Sequence record: SRR22947725_1729
Length of the DNA: 35,042 bases
Direction: 5' to 3' (one strand)
Part shown: in pieces, positions 27,778 to 35,042 of the stretch
Layout: each line of letters starts with the position of its first letter
Position numbering within the stretch: position 1 is the first letter of the stretch
The notes under the pieces: generated by a model
Told to the model about the DNA's origin: nothing
The model's database searches: none
Seen by the model: the letters and a program-made list of their open reading frames with translations, nothing else
Position numbers and translations under genes: made by a program

Positions 27778-28635
27778 ATGTCGAGCATGGCACAATTGGA
27801 GAACAAGTATTCAGGACATGTTGAATTTTCACCTCATTTTAGGAAGAGGCATTCCATTCAATATGTAGTGTTCGATTTCGATGGCACTTTGTCTCTTGTC
27901 CGTGAAGGTTGGCCTGAGGTCATGCTCCCGATGTTCGTTGAGATGCTACCAGACAAAACGGGAGAGTCAGAAGAATCCGTCAAAAACATGCTGCTCGACG
28001 ACATCATGAAATTGAACGGAAAACAAACTATCTACCAGATGATCCAACTTGCAGAGCGAATCAAAGAGCGAGGAGGATCTCCCAAAGAACCTCTTTGGTA
28101 CAAGCACGAATACCTAAGGCGTCTGGATCTCCGCATTCAAAACCGCAAAGAAGCAATCTTGTCAGGTCAAATAAAAGCCGATGAACATGTTGTCCACGGC
28201 GCTCGCCACATGCTTGATCTCCTAACCAGCAAGGGCCTCCCCGTTTATTTGGCCAGTGGAACTGACGAACCCTTTGTTAAGGAAGAAGCAAAGATCCTCG
28301 GGCTGGACCATTACTTTAAGGGGCACATTTATGGCGCCCTTGACGATTACAAATCTTTCTCAAAGAAAATGGTCATTGATCGAATTTTACGCGAAAACAA
28401 CATTCCGGGTGAACGTCTTTTATCTTTTGGTGATGGATATGTGGAAATTGAAAACACAAAGGAAGTGGGTGGACTCGCAGTCGCAGTGGCCAGCGATGAA
28501 GCCAACAATGGAAGCGGCAATATCGATGAATGGAAACGAAAGCGTTTGATGGGTGTGGGTGCCGATGTGTTGATTCCTGATTATCGCGATATAGAGGTAT
28601 TGATGCCACAACTGACCGATCAACCGGCTTTTTGA
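27778..28635 (+). CDS. HAD superfamily phosphatase
   Basis: Motif I FDFDGT, motif II LASGT, motif III Lys, motif IV FGDG..E. Start is ATG 27778 or 27787. Confidence 0.92.
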   Translation: MSSMAQLENKYSGHVEFSPHFRKRHSIQYVVFDFDGTLSLVREGWPEVMLPMFVEMLPDKTGESEESVKNMLLDDIMKLNGKQTIYQMIQLAERIKERGGSPKEPLWYKHEYLRRLDLRIQNRKEAILSGQIKADEHVVHGARHMLDLLTSKGLPVYLASGTDEPFVKEEAKILGLDHYFKGHIYGALDDYKSFSKKMVIDRILRENNIPGERLLSFGDGYVEIENTKEVGGLAVAVASDEANNGSGNIDEWKRKRLMGVGADVLIPDYRDIEVLMPQLTDQPAF

Positions 28636-28706
28636 CGTGTTACGGGAAAAGCTGGCAGCAAGCAATCCGGAAAGAGCAGGTTGACAAGAAGAGTTTACCT
28701 TAGCAT

Positions 28707-29822
28707 ATGAATAAAATTTTTGAACCTCCCTTTGATCGTTCGCGATTGAAGGTTTTCCCTATCGAGGAAAGAAAAAGCCTCACCAGCGTGGAAGACATTC
28801 TGGTGGATCCAGAGTCGAAATCAGGTGAGGTGAATCCTGATCTGGCTTCGCAAATAGACAACTGCGCTCAATCCATTCTAAAAGCACGGAATCGTGGAGC
28901 TTCGGTCATGCTCATCTATGGAGCTCATTTATTACGCAATGGTGCCGCACTGATCCTTGATGAAATGATGGAGCAAGATTGGCTGACACATCTTGCAACC
29001 AACGGAGCAGGCACCATTCACGATTTTGAATATGCTTTTCTGGGCCGATCCACTGAATCCGTGAGGGAAAACGTCGAAACCGGCACGTTTGGGGCATGGG
29101 ATGAAACGGGACGCTCCATCATGTTGGCTCTGGCAGCGGGCGGACTGGAGAACAAAGGCTACGGGTGCTCACTTGGTCAATTCATTACTCAAGATGGATG
29201 CGAACTTCCTTCTCCCGAAACGCTGAGGGAGGCTATCATCAAAGATCCTGCTTCCAGACTAGCAGCAGCACAAGCAGACTGCCTTCGATTGATGAGTCAG
29301 TTTCAACTCAAACCCGGGTTTCACGCGGTCAAAAACAGAAATAAAAAAGCATCCATTCTGGCGAATGCCTATGCACATGGAGTCCCTGTTTCTGTGCATC
29401 CTGGCATTGGATATGATATTATTACCAACCACCCAATGTTCAAAGGAAGCATCGTAGGGCGTGCAGCAGAATCAGATTTCGAACTCTTCTGCAAAGCTGT
29501 AGAGGACCTGGATCAAGGTTCGGTTTTATCGATTGGATCTGCGATCATGGGACCGCAGGTTTTTGAAAAGAGTTTGAGCTGTGTACACAACGTGAGGCGT
29601 CAAGAAGACCGCCAAAATGTCACAGGCCATTCCATTCATGTCGTGGACCTGCAGGATGGTGGCAAATGGGATTGGACAAAGGGGGAACCTCCCAAGAACA
29701 GTCCAGCCTATTACTTGAGATTCTGTAAGAGTTACTCCCGCATGGGCGGAATCATGCATTATTTGCAATGCGATAACGCCACATTTATACATCAACTTTA
29801 CAAACGCTTGAAACAAGCATGA
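28707..29822 (+). CDS. Deoxyhypusine synthase-like (putative NAD-binding) protein of unknown function
   Basis: L.YGAHL.RNG....L..M....W..HLATNGA..IHDFE, SILA.AY...VPV.VH, IGSA.MGP; these parallel DHS-fold segments. Recognised by eye only. Confidence 0.6.
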   Translation: MNKIFEPPFDRSRLKVFPIEERKSLTSVEDILVDPESKSGEVNPDLASQIDNCAQSILKARNRGASVMLIYGAHLLRNGAALILDEMMEQDWLTHLATNGAGTIHDFEYAFLGRSTESVRENVETGTFGAWDETGRSIMLALAAGGLENKGYGCSLGQFITQDGCELPSPETLREAIIKDPASRLAAAQADCLRLMSQFQLKPGFHAVKNRNKKASILANAYAHGVPVSVHPGIGYDIITNHPMFKGSIVGRAAESDFELFCKAVEDLDQGSVLSIGSAIMGPQVFEKSLSCVHNVRRQEDRQNVTGHSIHVVDLQDGGKWDWTKGEPPKNSPAYYLRFCKSYSRMGGIMHYLQCDNATFIHQLYKRLKQA

Positions 29823-30829
29823 ATCCAAATCGTATTAGCGAAATCCTTAATTGCTACGATCAATTAAAAATCGCGATCGTTGGGGATTTTTGTCTTGATC
29901 GATATTTTGAAATCGATCCATCACGTTCTGAAAAATCCATTGAAACAGGTCTGGAAGTTTATAATGTCACCAACGTACGCACCCAGGCAGGTGCCGCAGG
30001 AACGGTACTGAACAATCTGGTTGCACTTGGCATACCGGAAATTCACACGATCGGGTTTTGTGGTGAAGATGCCGAGGGTTGGTTATTGCGCAAGGCACTC
30101 CACAAGCTGAAAGGAGTCAACTCGGAATTTTTCTTCAGCTCCAGTCTGAGGCATACATTCACCTATTCAAAACCCCTCGTTTGTGAACTCAACAAGCCCC
30201 CTGTCGAGCTCAACCGTCTGGATCAAAAAAACTGGACTGCCACACCAGAAGAGATTTCCGATCAAATATGCGAGGGCATTGAAAAACTGATTCACAAGGT
30301 CGATGCCTTCATCGTCATGGATCAGGTCGATATTGAAGAAACGGGAGTCATCACATCACAAATCCTTGAACGCTTGGGGCAGATCCAAGAACAAAACCCT
30401 GAAAAATTAATCATTGCTGACAGCCGACGAGGCCTTCAAAGCTATCCCAATCTAACTTATAAGATGAACGCCAATGAACTGGCTGCCTGGAAGGGGTGTT
30501 CAAAGATGTCTATCGACCAAGTGAAAAATGAATCATTTCAAATTGCACGGAAATCAGGACAGCCAGTATTTGTTTCAATGGCCGATCAGGGAATCACTGG
30601 GGTAATTCCCAAGGGTGATCAAGCCCATGCAGCATCTCTTCCCTTGCGGGGGCCCATTGATATTGTAGGAGCCGGTGATTCAGTCACAGCAAATCTCTGC
30701 GCCAGCCTGGCAGCTGGAGCATCGCTTGACGAGGCGCTGCAACTTTCCATGCGTGCAGCCTCATGTGTTATCCACCAACTGGGAACCACAGGAACTGCCA
30801 CAAGGAGGGATCTGCTGCAATTCGCTTGA
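29819..30829 (+). CDS. PfkB family sugar(-phosphate) kinase, RfaE/HldA domain-I-like
   Basis: IAIVGDFCLDRY, GAAGTV.NNL.ALG, ADSR, N..E, DIVGAGDS; ATGA overlap with the upstream gene; no HIGH-type adenylyltransferase domain. Confidence 0.9.
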   Translation: MNPNRISEILNCYDQLKIAIVGDFCLDRYFEIDPSRSEKSIETGLEVYNVTNVRTQAGAAGTVLNNLVALGIPEIHTIGFCGEDAEGWLLRKALHKLKGVNSEFFFSSSLRHTFTYSKPLVCELNKPPVELNRLDQKNWTATPEEISDQICEGIEKLIHKVDAFIVMDQVDIEETGVITSQILERLGQIQEQNPEKLIIADSRRGLQSYPNLTYKMNANELAAWKGCSKMSIDQVKNESFQIARKSGQPVFVSMADQGITGVIPKGDQAHAASLPLRGPIDIVGAGDSVTANLCASLAAGASLDEALQLSMRAASCVIHQLGTTGTATRRDLLQFA

Positions 30830-30891
30830 ATTGACAACTGAACGCGACGACAGACCTGGTATGCTCTGCTCCATGAAACGCCAGGGTAAAG

Positions 30892-31446
30892 TTAGCTTTC
30901 TTCTCTTTCCTGTGCTTCCTCTTCACTTAGAAAGTGGGTTTCCAGAAAAGAACTCAAATCGGCGGATTGCTGGAACAATTTATCTCTTAATTCGAGGACC
31001 GAATCGGGTCCATCCAAATCCCAGGGCTGGGAAAGAACCTCTTCCGTTCTCAGGAAGAGTGGGACATGAACATCAAGGTTACCCAGTTTGAGAAGAGTAT
31101 TTGTCAGGGCGCTCACATGGACTTGAGCCTCCTGGACCGTCTTTTTGCATTTCGAAAGGCTCCAATTCCCTGTTTTCAGGTGCTTGAGGACACCACATTC
31201 AAAGGATGCACACATGTTGGGTCTTTTGTCGTAAACTTTGCAATGATGGCTTTCATCAAGGCAATGACAGGGTTGAATCAAGAAGTTTTGATTGTCATGC
31301 TGTTCGAGCTCGACACCACAATTTAGGACGCGATCCAACTCCTGCTTATCTTCGATCCGGACATCAATGAATAACACACCAGAACAGCAGAACCCACAAT
31401 CAGTACATAGCTGTTTGGCCGCTTCAGCGTTGGTCGTTTCCTTCAT
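30892..31446 (-). CDS. YkgJ family (CxxCxxCC) cysteine-cluster protein
   Basis: CTDCGFCC...PC..L.....C.VY..RP..C..F.C. Confidence 0.9.
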   Translation of the reverse strand: MKETTNAEAAKQLCTDCGFCCSGVLFIDVRIEDKQELDRVLNCGVELEQHDNQNFLIQPCHCLDESHHCKVYDKRPNMCASFECGVLKHLKTGNWSLSKCKKTVQEAQVHVSALTNTLLKLGNLDVHVPLFLRTEEVLSQPWDLDGPDSVLELRDKLFQQSADLSSFLETHFLSEEEAQEREES

Positions 31447-31454
31447 CGGAAGGA

Positions 31455-33023
31455 CTATTCTGAGTAAACAGGCTCGAGGAGCGGATTGACCTCAGAGTCC
31501 GACTCCACCACATCTACATCAATCGAGTGGCGATCAAAGACGGAACCTTCACTTAGGGATAGTTGGGACAATGCCTTGTTGTATTCAGCGAGAGCATTGA
31601 TTTCGCTCGAGCGCGCAGCGGTAAGGTCACGCTGCAGCTGCAAAACGATAAAACTTGTGCTTTTACCAACTTCGAGTTTCTTCTGCTCTGCATCAAGTGC
31701 AGCTTCAGCAAACTCACGCTCCTGCCGAGTTGCCTCGACACGCTGAAGGTTGATTTTGGTTAGTGAAACAGCGTTCTCGATGTCGACCATGATTTGCTGC
31801 TCAGACCGCTTGAAGGTTAATTTAAGTTGCTCTGACTGTGCTTTCGCAGATTTGAAATTGTAGCGCTCCTGACGTCTCGTGAGCGGAACGCTTAATTCTG
31901 CTCCGACGGACCAGACGGGGTTGTCACGTCCAGTGAGTTGATCAAAAACGTCGCTGTAGCTTCCATTACGCGATTGAGCCGCATAACCGATACTTCCAAC
32001 CAGGTCTAATTGGGGAAAGAGCTGATTCCGTCGAAATTTCACAAGGATTCCCTGATTCTCCAGACCTTTGCGGGATTGAAGGAGATCAGGCCTTTGAGTC
32101 AGGCCTTTGTGCCAGCTATCCTGCAAGTCTGTCACGACAGGAACAGCTCTCAGCCCTTCAGAGGGTTGAATAGAAACGGAGGCCCAATCGGAGTATTCCT
32201 GGCTGAGTAAGTTTTTCAAAGCATTCTGACGAACAATAAGTGTACGTCTGGCACCCAGTAAATCAGCTCGCCGAGCAGCAACTTGTGATTGAGCCTGCTT
32301 TTCGTCAAGAGGAGCCATGGTGCCAATTTCCACTCTCTTTTTGTTTTCGGCAAGAAGACGGTCGGCTAATTGCACAGCTTTTTCCTGGACCTTGACATTT
32401 TCCAGAGCAGCTATCAGGTCGTAGTAGGCAAGCTCTACCTGGGTCAGGACATTCATCATCTGCCATTGCAATGCCAACTCTGATTGGGTCAGGCGGTTTT
32501 TGGAGAGTTTGATATTGTATCTTGCTCCATCAATCCAGAGATTTTTCAAAAGTGGTTGACGCAGTTGAGAAAAAGCGGAGTTACCAGAAAACTGATTGAA
32601 TGAAAACCCCAGGTTATTGACTTCAGTCTCGGAAACAAAGGTTTGAAAAGAATACTGGGTACCCGTGGGAAGTTGGCCTGAAATCCCAGTGCTGAAAGAG
32701 TCTGTCTCACTCGACGACCCGGGGATGTTACCGATGCTTGGGTCAAACCTTCCTGGCTCCTGCCGATTTTGCTGGCGATAGGAAAAGAAGAAACTTGGAT
32801 CATAGGCACCTTGCGAGATCCTCAGATCATAGAGGGAAAGTTCCGGGTTTACCCTTTCGATCTGGACAGTCAGGTTATTTTCGAGAGCCGTTTCAAAGCA
32901 TTCCTGCAAGGACAGGGCGCGCACCTGGCTCTGGGCATGCACCTGAACAGCAAAGTTTGACAAGCAACATACCAGCACCGCACATGCGAGCCGGATAACA
33001 TTTGTTTCTTTTAGATTTCTCAT
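31455..33023 (-). CDS. TolC family outer-membrane efflux protein
   Basis: Signal peptide, LSL..C...ALENN, L.QPLL, VE.AYYDL, RPDL, P.LDL, GKST...VL..Q. Confidence 0.92.
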   Translation of the reverse strand: MRNLKETNVIRLACAVLVCCLSNFAVQVHAQSQVRALSLQECFETALENNLTVQIERVNPELSLYDLRISQGAYDPSFFFSYRQQNRQEPGRFDPSIGNIPGSSSETDSFSTGISGQLPTGTQYSFQTFVSETEVNNLGFSFNQFSGNSAFSQLRQPLLKNLWIDGARYNIKLSKNRLTQSELALQWQMMNVLTQVELAYYDLIAALENVKVQEKAVQLADRLLAENKKRVEIGTMAPLDEKQAQSQVAARRADLLGARRTLIVRQNALKNLLSQEYSDWASVSIQPSEGLRAVPVVTDLQDSWHKGLTQRPDLLQSRKGLENQGILVKFRRNQLFPQLDLVGSIGYAAQSRNGSYSDVFDQLTGRDNPVWSVGAELSVPLTRRQERYNFKSAKAQSEQLKLTFKRSEQQIMVDIENAVSLTKINLQRVEATRQEREFAEAALDAEQKKLEVGKSTSFIVLQLQRDLTAARSSEINALAEYNKALSQLSLSEGSVFDRHSIDVDVVESDSEVNPLLEPVYSE

Positions 33024-33128
33024 CTCTTTATTTCCCTCAAAGCATCTTGAAAAGGACTATGCAAAATTGTCAGTGATACTCAAACAGATTTGGCTACCGA
33101 TTCCTGACTTGATATCAATGAATATTAT

Positions 33129-34919
33129 TCAATGATATTCCTGGATAGGTTTTACTTGGTATCCATTTTTCTTGAGCGCTGCGATCGCCGAAGCGGCGGC
33201 CTTGGCACTGCTGAGTGTCGTCATGATGGGCACCCGACTGTAGACCGCAGTAGTACGAATCTTCACTTCATCGGCACGCGGAGCCTGCCCTGAAGGTGTA
33301 TTGATTACCAATTGAATTTCACCATTCTTGAGTAGATCCAGCGAGTTGGGTCGACCTTCGGCTAATTTGCGAACCTCGCGCACCTCCATACCTGCCTCCT
33401 GAATCACTCTGGCGGTCCCTTCGGTGCAGATCAGTTCAAATCCAAGATCAGAAAACTGTTTTGCCAGGTCTGCAATCTGCGACTTGTCTGATTTGTTAAC
33501 ACTGATGAACACTTTCCCCTCAAGCGGCAGAGGGGCGTTGGCTGCCATTTGAGATTTGGCATAGGCCGTTCCCAAATCAGCATCCAGTCCCATGACTTCC
33601 CCGGTGGATTTCATTTCGGGAGAAAGCAGGATATCTTGCCCCTGAAAGCGGTTGAATGGGAATACGGATTCCTTGATCGCCCAATAATCCGGCCAAATTT
33701 CCTCAGTAAAGCTCAAATCGATGAGCTTGGCACCCGCCATCACTCTGGCCGCCATCTTGGCTAAGGGAACCCCAATGGTTTTACTTGTAAAAGGCACAGT
33801 GCGGGAAGCCCGAGGATTGACCTCCAGCACATAAACAACGCCATCCTTGACCGCATACTGAACATTCATCAGTCCAATCACTCGCAATTCCCTGGCCATG
33901 GCGTGTGTGTAGGAACGAATCGTTTCGATGGTTTCTTTGCTGAGTGTGTGGGGAGGCAGCACCATCGCGGCATCGCCGCTGTGAACGCCGGCAAACTCAA
34001 TGTGCTCCAACATACCACCAATGACGATGGTTCCCTCCTCCGGATTATCGAAATGCCCCACGTCGCATATGCAATCCACGTCCACTTCAGTGGCATCTTC
34101 TAAAAATTTATCTACCAAAACAGGCCGTTCCGGCGAAGCTTCAACGGCATAGCGCATGTATTCCCGCAATTCAGAATCAGAATAGACAATCTGCATCGCC
34201 CGCCCACCAAGCACGAAGCTCGGGCGAACCAACACAGGATACCCTACTTTCTTGGAAGCAGCTAAGGCTTCCTCTTCGTTCACTGCCAGCCCATTTTCTG
34301 GTTGCGGTATATCCAACTTTGTGAGCATGGCCGCAAATAATTTACGATCTTCGGCTATTTCAATGCTACGCGGGGAAGTCCCGATGATATTAACCCCGTT
34401 CTCTTGAAGACCAATTGCAAGGTTCAAGGGCGTTTGCCCTCCAAATTGGACAATGGCTCCCCAGCATTTTTCGCGATGATAAATGTTGAGCACATCCTCA
34501 AGAGTCAGAGGTTCAAAAAAAAGTTTATCGCTCGTGTCGTAATCAGTAGAAACCGTCTCGGGATTGGAGTTAACCATAATGGTTTCAATCCCTGTCTCTT
34601 TCAGGGCAAATGAGGCATGCACGCAGCAGTAATCAAACTCAATTCCCTGACCGATTCGGTTGGGACCTCCACCAAGGATCATGACTTTCCGAGTCTCTGA
34701 AGCCCGAATCTCGTCATCACCACGATCGTAGGAAGAGTAATAATAAGGTGTGTAAGCCTCAAATTCGGCAGCACATGTATCTACCAGTCGGTAGCTTGGT
34801 GATAAATCGTTTTGATGGCGAAATTCGCGGATTTCCTGCTCAGATTTACCAGCAAGGTTTGCAATTTGCTTGTCTGAAAACCCGAAGGATTTGGCTTTGG
34901 TGATTGTTTCTAAGTTCAT
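33129..34919 (-). CDS. carB: Carbamoyl-phosphate synthase large subunit, C-terminal half as a separate gene
   Basis: AK..GFSDKQIA, VDTCAAEF, GGGPNRIGQGIEFDYCCVH, RPSFVLGGRAM, EVNPRASRT, EMKSTGEVMG and MGS domain. Only 596 aa with one ATP-grasp domain; stops in all three frames upstream. Confidence 0.96.
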   Translation of the reverse strand: MNLETITKAKSFGFSDKQIANLAGKSEQEIREFRHQNDLSPSYRLVDTCAAEFEAYTPYYYSSYDRGDDEIRASETRKVMILGGGPNRIGQGIEFDYCCVHASFALKETGIETIMVNSNPETVSTDYDTSDKLFFEPLTLEDVLNIYHREKCWGAIVQFGGQTPLNLAIGLQENGVNIIGTSPRSIEIAEDRKLFAAMLTKLDIPQPENGLAVNEEEALAASKKVGYPVLVRPSFVLGGRAMQIVYSDSELREYMRYAVEASPERPVLVDKFLEDATEVDVDCICDVGHFDNPEEGTIVIGGMLEHIEFAGVHSGDAAMVLPPHTLSKETIETIRSYTHAMARELRVIGLMNVQYAVKDGVVYVLEVNPRASRTVPFTSKTIGVPLAKMAARVMAGAKLIDLSFTEEIWPDYWAIKESVFPFNRFQGQDILLSPEMKSTGEVMGLDADLGTAYAKSQMAANAPLPLEGKVFISVNKSDKSQIADLAKQFSDLGFELICTEGTARVIQEAGMEVREVRKLAEGRPNSLDLLKNGEIQLVINTPSGQAPRADEVKIRTTAVYSRVPIMTTLSSAKAAASAIAALKKNGYQVKPIQEYH

Positions 34920-35042
34920 GCTTTTGTTCGGTCACCCGTTAAGAAAAACAGTTAAAGCCACGAGCGACATGAAAGCAAGCATTGGGCTGCACTCCATTCA
35001 AAAAAATCTAACCTGCATCATGCTGGACAAAGTTGACATTGA

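Noticed and set aside
28681-28706. TTGACA upstream of the DHS-like gene as an internal promoter
   Set aside because: No -10 element at 16-18 bp spacing; TAGCAT is only 14 bp away and abuts the ATG.
35008-35042. Possible 3' end of an upstream minus-strand gene (NVNFVQHDAG*)
   Set aside because: Only about 10 codons are visible at the window edge, so it cannot be supported; it is not CarB-like.

Overview
A 35 kb, gene-dense bacterial chromosomal window of roughly balanced GC (judged by eye). It is most likely from Verrucomicrobiota or another PVC lineage, inferred from the PVC-type CxxCH protein and the DUF1549/DUF1553 and DUF1501 genes. Housekeeping genes: uvrC (3' part), rplU-rpmA-obgE, nfeD-floA, dciA-like, trxA, tolC-family, and a stand-alone C-terminal half of carB. 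I found no rRNA, tRNA, CRISPR array, transposase, integrase or phage gene. Four things stand out. (1) A HAD phosphatase / deoxyhypusine-synthase-like / RfaE(HldA)-type kinase cluster that looks like an uncharacterised sugar-phosphate (possibly heptose) pathway. (2) A 12 kb seven-gene cluster of mostly exported proteins of unknown function (PPC, ceramidase-like, PVC heme-c protein, DUF1549/1553 cytochrome c, Tat DUF1501, WD40, Tat oxidoreductase); its PVC heme-c gene is broken by a single in-frame TAA. (3) A split carB. (4) ObgE with a ~70 aa acidic internal insertion. All family calls come from motif recognition by eye; no database searches were run.
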